The notes under the pieces: model-generated
What the model was told of the DNA's origin: nothing
Seen by the model: only the letters and a program-made list of their open reading frames with translations
Database searches by the model: none
Source: a virus
Taxonomy: Duplodnaviria; Caudoviricetes
Virus record (IMG/VR): IMGVR_UViG_3300031760_005061
Location: 1 to 64,000 of that record
Strand: one strand, 5' to 3'
Length of the DNA: 64,000 nucleotides
Made by a program: the position numbers and the translations under genes
In this document: positions 1 to 10,233 of the stretch, in pieces
How the letters are laid out: every line of letters begins with the position of its first letter
Numbering within the stretch: position 1 is the stretch's first letter

Positions 1-133
1 ACGACCGGAAACTGCATCGGCTCAGTTATAGTTTTCTGTTACCACCCCCTTTGACGGAAGACAACTTATAACCGACTAAATAGCGCTCTGCAATAGCGGA
101 GCGCTATATTTCTTTAATACGGAGTGATAGATC

Positions 134-1120
134 GTGGCTCAGATGAGTAAGAAGATACAGTTCCACGACGACGACAAACTGAAGAAGGTTAATCCGGAAA
201 CTGTTAAGTTGTGGAAGAAATATGAGGCCGATATGTCGTTGCGTAATTTATCTGATGGCACAATTAAAGGATATCGTAATGATATCGAACATCTGTGGAT
301 ATATACGTATGACAATCTCGACAACGTTGCTATCACAGAATTAACAGAGGACGACTTGACGGAGTTCTTCTATTTTTGCAAGACGGAGGGTAACAACCCG
401 AAGCGCATCAAAAGAAGGATGTCGTCTATAAGTGCGTTCTATAAATATTTAAGAAAGAAAAAGATCATATCTGAAAACCCGATGGAGTTTATAGACCGTC
501 CGGCAAGAGACGTTGATGTAATTACCCAGACGTTTCTCACCAAAGAACAGATAGCGGATCTAAGAATTAAGCTTGAAGCAAACTATAAAGACGCAAAGAC
601 GGTGTCACAAAAACACCTCGCGTTAAGCTACCTGTGCTACGCAATGTTCTCGCTGTCTACAATGGCGAGAGTTACAGCGGTAAGCAATATTATGTGGCAG
701 CAGATTAATTTTGACGACAGGGTCGTTCTTGATGTGCTTGAGAAAGAGGCCAAGGTTGTAACCTTATACTTTTCGGAAGACGTCAAGAATCTATTAATGA
801 CTCTGAAATCTTTCAGAGATGAAAACAATATTGATGATACCGGATATGTGTTTATATCAAAGGATACAGATGGATATCACAAGGTATCGAGTAACACGTT
901 GTCTCAGTGGTGTAAGAAAATAGGCGCGATTATAAACGTGCCGACATTACACCCTCACGACTTCAGACATTCCAGCAGTACTATACTGCGTAACTCCGGA
1001 ATGGCTCTTGAAGATATTGCCGTGTTGCTTAATCACGAAAGCACAGAGACGACGCTGAAATACTATATAAGACGTGACGATAGCAAGGTTGTTGCTAAAA
1101 AGGATGAACTGGGAATTTAG
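134..1120 (+). CDS. Tyrosine recombinase (XerC/D-like), upstream of the packaging genes
   Basis: N-terminal SAM-like region (TIKGYRNDI...SSISAFYKYL...NPM); catalytic residues R (STMARV), HxxR (HDFRH), H (LNHES), Y (LKYY); GGAG RBS before a GTG start. Confidence 0.85.
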   Translation: MAQMSKKIQFHDDDKLKKVNPETVKLWKKYEADMSLRNLSDGTIKGYRNDIEHLWIYTYDNLDNVAITELTEDDLTEFFYFCKTEGNNPKRIKRRMSSISAFYKYLRKKKIISENPMEFIDRPARDVDVITQTFLTKEQIADLRIKLEANYKDAKTVSQKHLALSYLCYAMFSLSTMARVTAVSNIMWQQINFDDRVVLDVLEKEAKVVTLYFSEDVKNLLMTLKSFRDENNIDDTGYVFISKDTDGYHKVSSNTLSQWCKKIGAIINVPTLHPHDFRHSSSTILRNSGMALEDIAVLLNHESTETTLKYYIRRDDSKVVAKKDELGI

Positions 1121-1131
1121 GAGGTACGGCG

Positions 1132-2217
1132 ATGGCCGACAACAACACCCTAAGTGCAAGGGGTAAAATGCGTAACACGGCTCCGAAACCTCCGGGCGCA
1201 AAGGAGCCAAAGAGAGGCGAGTTCTTCTGTTGCGCTTGTGGTAAAAAATATACCAGACAACAGGCGTATTTTCCGATGTCGAGGTCGATACTCTACAAAG
1301 GAAATAACGGATACTTGCCTATATGTAAAGAGTGCTTCGAGGGATTATATTTACACTACTGCGAGGTTCTCCAAGACGAGGTGGCGGCGGTCGAGAGAGT
1401 ATGTCAGAAGTTTGACATATACTTCAACATGCCTATGGTTGAGAGTGCTATGGCGGACTCAACCGGAACGGCTGTAATTATGACGTATATCAGCCGTATA
1501 GCGTTACCTCAGTTTAAAAACAAAACATATGATACTACGCTCGACGAAGACGAATACGCTGCGGCGGTCGCAGAAAGAGAGCGTAAGCCCACTGACGAAG
1601 AAATACTTGAACAACGAATGATTGAACAAGGACGTCGCGAGTGGGGTATAGATCTGAAGCCCGACGAATACGCGTTTCTTGATAACGAGTTTGCGGACTG
1701 GAATGCAAGGTGCGCCATAGAAGGCAAGTCGCGAGAGTCGTTGGTAAGAAGTTTATGCGTGACCGAGCTTCAGCAGAATAAGGCGCTTAGCGCCGGAGAT
1801 ATAGACACATACAACAAACTGAGCATAACGTTCCAGAAGCAGCTGGCTGCTGCCGATCTTACGCCCAAACAGATAGAGGACGCAGAGAGGGCGACAGAGA
1901 AGCCAATGGGCGTGATGATAAAAATGTTTGAAAACGACGATCCAATACCTAAACCGGATCCGGAGTGGGAGGATGTCGATGGAATAATGAAGTATATTCT
2001 TGTGTACTTTATCGGACATTTATGCAAAATGCTTGGACTTAAAAACAAATACTCCGCTCTTTATGAAGAAGAAATGGAGAAATACACTGTTTATGTTCCG
2101 GACGAAGTAAAGGACGGAGACAGCGAAGATATCTTCGACTACTTGCTCGAGAACGGATTCGGCGTTAGCGAGTCGTCGTCAGAGGATGGCGGTGATGAAG
2201 ATGGCGAAGAGGAATAG
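1132..2217 (+). CDS. Zn-finger protein, probable terminase small subunit/packaging accessory
   Basis: CxxC motifs (CCACG, PICKEC), acidic tail; overlaps the start of the terminase large subunit; function inferred from position. Confidence 0.5.
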   Translation: MADNNTLSARGKMRNTAPKPPGAKEPKRGEFFCCACGKKYTRQQAYFPMSRSILYKGNNGYLPICKECFEGLYLHYCEVLQDEVAAVERVCQKFDIYFNMPMVESAMADSTGTAVIMTYISRIALPQFKNKTYDTTLDEDEYAAAVAERERKPTDEEILEQRMIEQGRREWGIDLKPDEYAFLDNEFADWNARCAIEGKSRESLVRSLCVTELQQNKALSAGDIDTYNKLSITFQKQLAAADLTPKQIEDAERATEKPMGVMIKMFENDDPIPKPDPEWEDVDGIMKYILVYFIGHLCKMLGLKNKYSALYEEEMEKYTVYVPDEVKDGDSEDIFDYLLENGFGVSESSSEDGGDEDGEEE

Positions 2218-3928
2218 TGTAAACAGAGAGGGAAAGATAAGAGAAGGACTCGGAATATGGACAGCCTTCTACCGCGCAAACCCACACAGGTTTGCGGTCG
2301 ATTACCTCGGCATGCGGTGGATGACACCGATTCAAAAAATCATACTAAACCTAATACTTAAGTTTACATACGCGCTGATTATTGCGTCACGCGGTATGGG
2401 TAAGACGATGCTTGTTGCGGCGGCAATATGCGTGCGATGCATATTGTACCCGGGTATACAGGTCGTCATTGCCGCCGGTAACCGAGGACAGTCTATAAAT
2501 GTTTTAAACAAAATAATAGACGAATATCTGCCTAACTCTATTAATCTACAAAACGAGATAGAGTCGTATAAGGTTACGCCGGCTGATGCGTATATAACGT
2601 TTAAGAATGGTTCGATTGTAAAGGTTGTAACTGCAAGAGACTCGGCAAGAAGCGCGAGAGCAAACTGGGTTATTAACGACGAGTTTGTACAGATCAAGAA
2701 GAGCGTTATTGACGGTGTTTTGAGAAAGTTCAAAGCCGGACTGAGAACCCCGGGATTTTACGAGCAGAAGAAATATAAGAACTATCCCAAAGAGCCAAAC
2801 TGCGAAACATATATTTCGAGCGCCTATTACAAGTTCCACTACAGTTGGAACAAGTTCAAGGCGTTCTTTAAGTCTATGGCTAAGGGTGAAAACTATGTAT
2901 GCGTAGGGTTCCCATATCAGCTTCCGGTAAGTCAAGGATATTATCCTCCGGAACAGATAAGAGAAGAGATGCAAGAGTCGGACTTTGACCCGATCAAGTT
3001 CTCTATGGAAATGGAGTCGCTGTTTTTCGGCGAGGCATCAAACGCCTTCTACTCATATACAGACCTTGAGATAAACAGGACAATTGAATACCCGATGTAC
3101 CCGCCATACTACTATCAGATACTCGGAGATCCTAAGTTGAAGTATCCGGAAAAGCAGAACGGCGAGATAAGAATAATCGGTATGGACGTTGCGACACAAG
3201 GAGGATCGAAAAACGACAACACCTGTTTCAGCGTATTGTCACTTATGCCGAACAGATTTGAGCAATACGACCGAAGTCTTGTGTTTATTGAAGTAATGAA
3301 CGGTGGTCACACCGCAGACCAAGCGCTGAAGCTAAGGCGCCTATTTGACGATCTACAGGCCGACTATGTGGTCATAGATACAAACGGTGTAGGTTTGGGC
3401 GTATTCGATATACTCGTCAGAGACCAAGTTGACGAGGAACGCAACACGGTGTATCACGCGTGGAGTTGTATCAACGATCCTAAGATGGCTGAAAGATGCA
3501 ACGACCCGGATGCCCCAAAGATTATATACAGCATTAAGGCATCTGCGCAGTTCAACAGTGACGCGGCTGTTATGCTCAGAGACTGCTTAAAGCGCGGCAA
3601 GCTTAAGCTGCTCATTAGCGAGATTGATGCGGTTGAGCTGCTTATGAATAACAGACAATACAATAAGATGACCGTCGAGGATCAGATGATGTTCCAGACG
3701 CCGTATTACAACACGACGATGCTGATCAATGAAACTATCAATTTGTCCTACGAGATGGTCAACGGCAAAATCAGAGTTTCCGAGCCGGCCGGTATGAGAA
3801 AGGATAGATACTCTTCTGTATCTTATGCTAACTATATCGCGTCAGAACTCGAACGAGACTTTTTGAGAAATAACAACAAGGGCGACTTTAACGGAATGTT
3901 TAAATTCCGCAAGCCCATTATCAAATAA
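2186..3928 (+). CDS. Terminase large subunit (start may be 2201)
   Basis: Walker A ASRGMGKT, Walker B VINDE, RNase H-like nuclease motifs GMDVA, VIDTNGVG and KDRYSS. Confidence 0.93.
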   Translation: MAVMKMAKRNSVNREGKIREGLGIWTAFYRANPHRFAVDYLGMRWMTPIQKIILNLILKFTYALIIASRGMGKTMLVAAAICVRCILYPGIQVVIAAGNRGQSINVLNKIIDEYLPNSINLQNEIESYKVTPADAYITFKNGSIVKVVTARDSARSARANWVINDEFVQIKKSVIDGVLRKFKAGLRTPGFYEQKKYKNYPKEPNCETYISSAYYKFHYSWNKFKAFFKSMAKGENYVCVGFPYQLPVSQGYYPPEQIREEMQESDFDPIKFSMEMESLFFGEASNAFYSYTDLEINRTIEYPMYPPYYYQILGDPKLKYPEKQNGEIRIIGMDVATQGGSKNDNTCFSVLSLMPNRFEQYDRSLVFIEVMNGGHTADQALKLRRLFDDLQADYVVIDTNGVGLGVFDILVRDQVDEERNTVYHAWSCINDPKMAERCNDPDAPKIIYSIKASAQFNSDAAVMLRDCLKRGKLKLLISEIDAVELLMNNRQYNKMTVEDQMMFQTPYYNTTMLINETINLSYEMVNGKIRVSEPAGMRKDRYSSVSYANYIASELERDFLRNNNKGDFNGMFKFRKPIIK

Positions 3929-3937
3929 TGAAAGGCG

Positions 3938-5452
3938 GTGATGAGATTGGACGAACTCCAGCTCGATCTCAATAAGATGTCAGAAGAAGAGCTGAACAGC
4001 TATAAGGTTGCACTGGATTTTGCCAGAGCGCAGATACAACGACTGCGTAATCCTAATATTATGGAAACATCTCTGGAAACCGTATCTTTTGCTCCGATAA
4101 ACAGAGAGGGCCTGTTGACATACCTCAAGTCTCCTAAGCTTAATGAGAAGAATATACGCAATGTATCAATAGCGATGTTTAATGCGTCGATGCATTACAG
4201 ACGACTGATACAGTATTATGCGCTGATGCCGCTATGGTCGTATATTATCAAACCGCTCGCGTTTGACAAAGAGAAAACGGGAGACCCGGAAACCGGTGAT
4301 AAGAAAAGTGTCGCCTATAAAAAGGCGTTCCAGAAAGCCGCCGGACAAATAGAGGCGATGAACCTTAAGCACGAGATGCAGAAGGTTCTTACCATAGGCC
4401 TTAGAGAAGGTGTCTTCTACGGAGCGATATGGCAGAACTCCATCGGAGGATCTTTTAGCATACAGAAGATCAATCCAGATATTTGTAAAATCACATCAAT
4501 AGAGGACGGTACGTGGTTATATTCGGTTGATATGAGCCGAATAAAAGAAAGTGAATTATACAGATATCCTCCGGAATTTACCGAAATGTACGCACAATAT
4601 AAGCTTACAAGAGAGAAATGGCAAGAAGTCCCGTCCAAGATATGCTTCTGCTTTAAGGCAGACGAAACACTGGTTGAGTATAGTATGCCGCCTTGGGCAG
4701 CTACAATACCAAGTCTGCTCGACATCGAGAACTACAAGGCGCTACAGGACACCGCTAACGAGATAGCTAACTATAAGCTGATACATATGAAGGTTCCGGT
4801 GAACTCGTCAGACGCACCCAAGTTCTCGTTCGAACTCGCGCAGAAATACTATGAATTCTTATGCGCCAATCTTCCGCCGTATGTCGGAGCGTCGTTCAGC
4901 CCGATGGAGCTTACAGATATCGACTTCGACAAAGACGGCAACTTGAGAGAGACCGACCTTGTGTCGAGAGCAGAACGCACATTCTGGCAGAGCAGCGGCA
5001 CGAGCCCGTTACTGTTTGGCGACGCCGCTAACACTACAGCTGGCGCACTGAAACTCTCAATTAAGGCGGACGAGGAGCTCGTATTTGGCTGGATGAACCA
5101 GTGCGAAAGAATTGTAAACAGGTTGCTTAAGAATATTGCCGGAACACAAAAGTTCCAGATTACGTTCTTGCCGGTTACAGTATTTAACCAAGGCGAAATG
5201 GTTGATTACTTCAAGAACGCATCTACACTCGGCATACCTGTTAAGTCAGCATACGCCGCCGTGCTTAACGTGCGTGGTCTTGAAATACCCGGTGTCGATT
5301 ATATCGAAAGAGAGTTTCTCGACATGGACGAACTTGTACCGTTATCAAGTTCGTATAACACAGCGGTCGAAGGAGAGGCCGGACGTCCAGCCGCGGACGA
5401 CGGAGATCTCACAGAAAGCGGCATAAGGACGAGGGAGAACGACAATGAATAA
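3938..5452 (+). CDS. Portal protein
   Basis: 504 aa directly after TerL; helical with acidic C-terminal GRP motif (EAGRPAADDGD) typical of portals. Confidence 0.85.
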   Translation: MMRLDELQLDLNKMSEEELNSYKVALDFARAQIQRLRNPNIMETSLETVSFAPINREGLLTYLKSPKLNEKNIRNVSIAMFNASMHYRRLIQYYALMPLWSYIIKPLAFDKEKTGDPETGDKKSVAYKKAFQKAAGQIEAMNLKHEMQKVLTIGLREGVFYGAIWQNSIGGSFSIQKINPDICKITSIEDGTWLYSVDMSRIKESELYRYPPEFTEMYAQYKLTREKWQEVPSKICFCFKADETLVEYSMPPWAATIPSLLDIENYKALQDTANEIANYKLIHMKVPVNSSDAPKFSFELAQKYYEFLCANLPPYVGASFSPMELTDIDFDKDGNLRETDLVSRAERTFWQSSGTSPLLFGDAANTTAGALKLSIKADEELVFGWMNQCERIVNRLLKNIAGTQKFQITFLPVTVFNQGEMVDYFKNASTLGIPVKSAYAAVLNVRGLEIPGVDYIEREFLDMDELVPLSSSYNTAVEGEAGRPAADDGDLTESGIRTRENDNE

Positions 5453-5657
5453 TGTATATGTAATTGATCCGGAGTCCAAGATGAAGCTTGTTGAACAAGG
5501 GTTTAAGGTTGTAAACGAGCTACACACTGTCAATGGTGGAATTGTGTGGGTTATGCACTCGCTCAATTTTAACTTTGATATAGATTCTATGAATCTTCCC
5601 GGCGTTATCCGCTCCGAAAGATTCGATCTAAAATTCTTAAGCAATGGAGGTGATTAA
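5445..5657 (+). CDS. Small hypothetical protein between portal and protease
   Basis: GGAG RBS; overlaps portal stop. Confidence 0.6.
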   Translation: MNNVYVIDPESKMKLVEQGFKVVNELHTVNGGIVWVMHSLNFNFDIDSMNLPGVIRSERFDLKFLSNGGD

Positions 5658-5660
5658 GTT

Positions 5661-7196
5661 ATGGAATCCAAAAACATAGGAATAAACTTTGATCTACAGT
5701 TTCAGAAGATTCAAAATCTCAATCCCTCCTTTGACTTAGCCAGAGTTGCTATAGCATATCACGGCTTAAACAGAAATCACTCGATTATCAGCAAAGAGGT
5801 TTTTGAGAAAGCACTCCCCTCTCTTTATAACGTTCCTATCGTCGGAAGGTATGTTCCGGAAGAGGAAGATTTTGGTTCTCATGATGTAATGGTAGCTGTT
5901 AACAAAGACGGTGAGTACAGCATTGAGAATGCCACGGTTCCTTTTGGCGTAATACCGGAGTCGGCGTTATTTGAATGGGAAAATGTTACCGAAGAAGACG
6001 GTACAGAGAGAGAATACCTCTTCACGAACTGTGTGATCTGGAGACGTTCCTACGGCTATGAAACGCTGATATCTCAAAGCAAATGGTCTCAGTCTATGGA
6101 GATTGCAGTTAATGATTATGACGTCGATGATAACGGAGATATGGTTATTAAAGATATGACGTTTACTGCATTGTGCATTCTTGGAAACGACAAAGAGCCA
6201 TGTTTTGAGAGCGCGAGTATTCAGATGGGTAACAACTACGAGATGAACAACTTTGCTACGCAGTTCTCCTTGATGATTGATGATTTGAAGCAGCTCGCAA
6301 GCAATGCTATCAAGTTTGGACTTGACGGTTCAAATGAAGATATATCAGATCAAGAAGAAGGAGGAAAGCACGCTTTGGATGAAATCGAGAAAGTAGTAAA
6401 CACGGAAGCTACAGAAGAACAGACCGAAGAGTTTGAGCAAGTTGAGGCGGCCGCCGAAGAGACTACGGAAGACCCCGTCGAAACACCGGAAGAAAACTCT
6501 GAACCCGAACCCGAAGCAGAAGAGACGGATGCGCAGTTCGAAAATACCGAAGACTCGAACGACGTCGAAAGCGCCAACTTTGCCGCGACATATAACGAGA
6601 AAAGAGAATGTTTGTGCAATGCAGTTCGCGCAGCCGGCGGAGATGTGATGGACGCTGACGGCAACATCGTATCGTCCACATGGTTCTATCTTTCTGACTT
6701 CGATGATGAGTATGTATATGTTGAAAAATATGTATATACACAGGAAAGCGAAGACAGAGAGTTCGGTAGATTCAACTATGTCATTGGCGAAAGCGACGAT
6801 GTAGCATTGTCTAATTATGAGACAATGGTTATGAAGTGGCTCACGCTGGCAGAGGCAGAGTCTCTCGAAGCCGAAAGAGCAGAGCTCAATGAGCTCAGAG
6901 ACTACAGAGACAATCGTATAGCCGAAGATCACCATAATGAAATCGATGCCGTGATCGGCGGCGAGTTCTCCGATGTAGTCAAGACAGAAGAGTTTGAAAG
7001 TATCTCAAAAGATATTTACGAGCTGTCTGTTGAAGACGCAAGAGAGAAACTGTTTGCTATAAGAGGCAAACACACAATCAGCAAATCGAAAGAAGAGTCC
7101 GGACAGAATGTAAAGATTCCTGTAACAGAACAAGGCTCTTCCAAGATCAATACAAGATACGGCAACCTCTTTGAGGTATATGCCCAGAAAAAATAA
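5661..7196 (+). CDS. Prohead protease/scaffold fusion
   Basis: N-terminal protease-like motifs (GLNRNHS, SQSMEI, FTALCILG...PCFESA) followed by a long acidic coiled region; lies between portal and capsid. Confidence 0.75.
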   Translation: MESKNIGINFDLQFQKIQNLNPSFDLARVAIAYHGLNRNHSIISKEVFEKALPSLYNVPIVGRYVPEEEDFGSHDVMVAVNKDGEYSIENATVPFGVIPESALFEWENVTEEDGTEREYLFTNCVIWRRSYGYETLISQSKWSQSMEIAVNDYDVDDNGDMVIKDMTFTALCILGNDKEPCFESASIQMGNNYEMNNFATQFSLMIDDLKQLASNAIKFGLDGSNEDISDQEEGGKHALDEIEKVVNTEATEEQTEEFEQVEAAAEETTEDPVETPEENSEPEPEAEETDAQFENTEDSNDVESANFAATYNEKRECLCNAVRAAGGDVMDADGNIVSSTWFYLSDFDDEYVYVEKYVYTQESEDREFGRFNYVIGESDDVALSNYETMVMKWLTLAEAESLEAERAELNELRDYRDNRIAEDHHNEIDAVIGGEFSDVVKTEEFESISKDIYELSVEDAREKLFAIRGKHTISKSKEESGQNVKIPVTEQGSSKINTRYGNLFEVYAQKK

Positions 7197-7214
7197 TTTA
7201 GGAGGAAACTAATT

Positions 7215-7736
7215 ATGGCAAAAGCAGTCGTACGTACCGACAATCTCGCCGGTATCGTTGATGGTTCCAAACTTGTATCGGTTAGATACTATGTAAGCAC
7301 AACTGAAACAGCTATTGAAAATGGCACAATCGTATTACTTGACAGCCTTATTGAAGGCACTCGCGGTGCTGGCAGCCACGTATGGAAAGCAGTAGCCCCC
7401 GCAAGCGACAGCACAATTGATGGCTCAAACCACAAGCTCGTTCTTGTTGCATCGCCCGAATATCTTTACGAGAGCAACTATGCAGGTCTCGATGAGTATC
7501 AAAACGAAGCCGGCAAAGATTGCCTTGGTTACGTTCTTCAGCATGGCGACACATTTGCTGTTACCGTTGATGCTTTCGCAAGCGCAACAGCTCCCACGAG
7601 CACAAACAAATATATTCATCCTACTGCCAGCACAGCGAAAATTACAGCTAACAGCACGTCAAGTGGCGCTATTGGCGAATTCCTTGAGGCTGAAACAGAG
7701 GGTGGATACACCTATTATGTTATCCGTATGTATTAA
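7215..7736 (+). CDS. Head decoration/structural protein
   Basis: Strong RBS; beta-rich 173 aa directly before the major capsid gene. Confidence 0.6.
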   Translation: MAKAVVRTDNLAGIVDGSKLVSVRYYVSTTETAIENGTIVLLDSLIEGTRGAGSHVWKAVAPASDSTIDGSNHKLVLVASPEYLYESNYAGLDEYQNEAGKDCLGYVLQHGDTFAVTVDAFASATAPTSTNKYIHPTASTAKITANSTSSGAIGEFLEAETEGGYTYYVIRMY

Positions 7737-7770
7737 TTTGACATACCAGTAATTACAGGAGGAAAAGAAT

Positions 7771-8796
7771 ATGGATAAAAATGCAATCGTACGTCTCGGT
7801 CTTGATCTTAATCGCGGCGTAAAGACATTTGAAATCGAAGACAAAACATTCTCAGAGTCTGAGGCTGTAGAAGTTCTTCGTCAGGCGCTTATCGACGCTA
7901 ACGGCGGCAGCACCACTTTTGATTACAAATCACTCCGCAGAAACAAAGTAGCTATCTTTGAAATCATCGAAGAGCTCGTTTCCGCAATCGTACAGGAAGG
8001 TCTCAATAACTCCCAGTTCTGGAATGAATTTGTTGATTACAGAAACATTAAACTCGGCGATAAGAATGAATTTTACACCGATGGAGATTCTGACTTCGTA
8101 GTTTGCGAAGTTGCAGAAGGCAACTCAACTCCCAGACGTCAGAGACTTGGTGCAAGAAAGAAAGTTTCTGTTAACACCACAGTCCACATGATCAGAATGT
8201 ATGATCACTTCAGCCGCTTTATGGCTGGTCGTATTGACTGGGCTCAGCTTTGCAACAAAGTAGCAGAAGCTTTCCAGAAAGAAATCTGGTACGATATTGC
8301 TACTGCGTTTGCAGGCATTGGTTCCGGCGACATCATCGGCGCTTCCGGCACATATATTGTTACCGGCACATGGGACGAGGACGATCTTATTGACCTTATT
8401 GCCCATGTTGAAGCTGCTACCGGCGAAAGAGCAAAGGTTTTCGGTACAAAGCAGACACTTAAGAAGATTACAACTTCTATAGTTGCTGATGCTGCAAAAA
8501 CAGATCTGTATAATCAGGGTTATATCGGCAAGTTCTATGGCACGGATGTATTCGAAATTCCGCAGGCACACGTTCCCGGAACAGATACATTTGCTATCGA
8601 TCCTAACGCGAACACTCTTCACGTTATTGCCGGCGGCGATAAGTTCATCAAGTTCGTTACAGAAGGCGACACACTTATCGACGACAGAGACTACACCCAG
8701 AACGCGGACAGCACAATTGAATACCGCATGACTGAGAAATTCGGCGCTGGTATTATGTTCGCTTCGAAGGGCTACGGTAAATACACACTGTCATAA
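7771..8796 (+). CDS. Major capsid protein
   Basis: 341 aa, AGGAGG RBS, high-expression codon usage, position in head module. Confidence 0.85.
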   Translation: MDKNAIVRLGLDLNRGVKTFEIEDKTFSESEAVEVLRQALIDANGGSTTFDYKSLRRNKVAIFEIIEELVSAIVQEGLNNSQFWNEFVDYRNIKLGDKNEFYTDGDSDFVVCEVAEGNSTPRRQRLGARKKVSVNTTVHMIRMYDHFSRFMAGRIDWAQLCNKVAEAFQKEIWYDIATAFAGIGSGDIIGASGTYIVTGTWDEDDLIDLIAHVEAATGERAKVFGTKQTLKKITTSIVADAAKTDLYNQGYIGKFYGTDVFEIPQAHVPGTDTFAIDPNANTLHVIAGGDKFIKFVTEGDTLIDDRDYTQNADSTIEYRMTEKFGAGIMFASKGYGKYTLS

Positions 8797-8822
8797 AATA
8801 CAACTGAATAAAAGGAGACACA

Positions 8823-9410
8823 ATGGATACTAACGAAACTAACATCGTAGCGACAGAAAACGAAACTACAGAGGTTAAACCTAAGACTTCCGGTACAAAA
8901 TCCAAAAAAACAACCAAGTCTAAACCCGCCGCAAAATCGACCACCACGTCCAAACCTCAGAAGAAAACTGTCAAAGACAGCGACTCGGTAGACGTGAGAT
9001 CGTGTGTTGTGGGTAGACTTACATGGAAATCTGCCAAAACCGGTTATAAGGTTATCTGGGACGAATTCGGCACATCAAATCCGATGACGGTCGAAGAGCT
9101 CAGAGATATGAGAAACGGTAGTAGAAAGTTCTTTGAAAACAACTGGGTTGTTGTAGAAGGAGATAACGCGGAAGATGTTCTTAAGTATTTACAGATTGAT
9201 AAGTACTACAAAGACTTTGCTTCAATTGAAGATATAGATGTTATATTCGAATACGACCCGGATGAGGCCGAAGCCGTTGTTAAAAAATTCGGCTACGGAC
9301 TTAGAGAGGTCGTGGCGAGAAGAGCATCTACATTGAAGTCTGAGGGTGCGCTTGACAGCGTCAAGATGATTGAGGCTATTGAGAGAGCGACTGGATTTAC
9401 AATCGAATAA
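8823..9410 (+). CDS. Conserved head-module protein with K/T-rich N-terminus
   Basis: AAAGGAG RBS; immediately follows the capsid gene. Confidence 0.6.
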   Translation: MDTNETNIVATENETTEVKPKTSGTKSKKTTKSKPAAKSTTTSKPQKKTVKDSDSVDVRSCVVGRLTWKSAKTGYKVIWDEFGTSNPMTVEELRDMRNGSRKFFENNWVVVEGDNAEDVLKYLQIDKYYKDFASIEDIDVIFEYDPDEAEAVVKKFGYGLREVVARRASTLKSEGALDSVKMIEAIERATGFTIE

Positions 9411-9436
9411 TACTTGATACAAACATTACGATATAA

Positions 9437-9466
9437 TAGCCGGGTTTGGCAACAAGCCCGGCTATC
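9437..9466 (+). terminator. GC-rich hairpin after the capsid cluster
   Basis: ATAGCCGGGTTT...AAGCCCGGCTAT inverted repeat; no clear U-tract. Confidence 0.5.
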
Positions 9467-9483
9467 CTAATGGAGGGTCGCAC

Positions 9484-9918
9484 TTGGCTACAAGTTATAA
9501 TGATATATACGATCGCGCCATATTCAGATTTGCTGATTATGACTTTTTAAAGATCGACATAGAGTCGAGAGAGGACATACTGGAAAAGTATCTCCATAGC
9601 GCGATTGCAGATGTTGCGGTAATAGTTGAAGCCGGTACTCTTGACATTGACGACGAGAACAGACAGTTCATCGGAGACGTTGATAATGAGGTTCAAGAAA
9701 TCCTTGCACTTGGAATTGACTATTATTGGCTTAGTGCGAAAGTGCAGAATTCAGAACTTCTGAGAAACAGTTTGTCCACAAAAGACTTTACATACTTTTC
9801 ACCGGCAAACTTAATGAGAGAACTTATTAACTTGCGTAACGATGTCAAGAATGAGTATAGGTCTGCGATTACCTTTTATTCATACAACCACGGCGACTTC
9901 GAATCGCTCATCAAATAA
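9484..9918 (+). CDS. Head-tail connector (adaptor) protein
   Basis: GGAGG RBS, TTG start; helical 144 aa; position after head genes. Confidence 0.65.
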   Translation: MATSYNDIYDRAIFRFADYDFLKIDIESREDILEKYLHSAIADVAVIVEAGTLDIDDENRQFIGDVDNEVQEILALGIDYYWLSAKVQNSELLRNSLSTKDFTYFSPANLMRELINLRNDVKNEYRSAITFYSYNHGDFESLIK

Positions 9919-9926
9919 GGTGGCTT

Positions 9927-10229
9927 ATGGATAGAGAAAAAAACTTTATTAAATATATAACAAATGAAATATACAAGATGCTCGTTCTGAAAGAACGCGA
10001 GGATTGCGGCGAAAATGTTTATCTCGAAGATTATATAAGCAATCTGTTTGTTGAGATTAACGGTGCGTGTGTCTGGTCTGAGTGGCTGAGATGTCACAAA
10101 GACTACGTGGTGGTGACATCGATTATGGCATACCTCAGCACGAACGCGCTTGAATATAAACAATATCGCAGAGAGATATTTAAGATGCTCAATCTTCTCA
10201 ACAAAATGGAGAAAGAAACAGGGGTGTAA
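9927..10229 (+). CDS. Hypothetical neck-module protein
   Basis: AAGGTGG RBS; in operon. Confidence 0.6.
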   Translation: MDREKNFIKYITNEIYKMLVLKEREDCGENVYLEDYISNLFVEINGACVWSEWLRCHKDYVVVTSIMAYLSTNALEYKQYRREIFKMLNLLNKMEKETGV

Positions 10230-10233
10230 GTAT

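Noticed and set aside
9414-9437. TTGATA...TATAAT promoter after the capsid cluster
   Set aside because: Spacing is only 12 nt.
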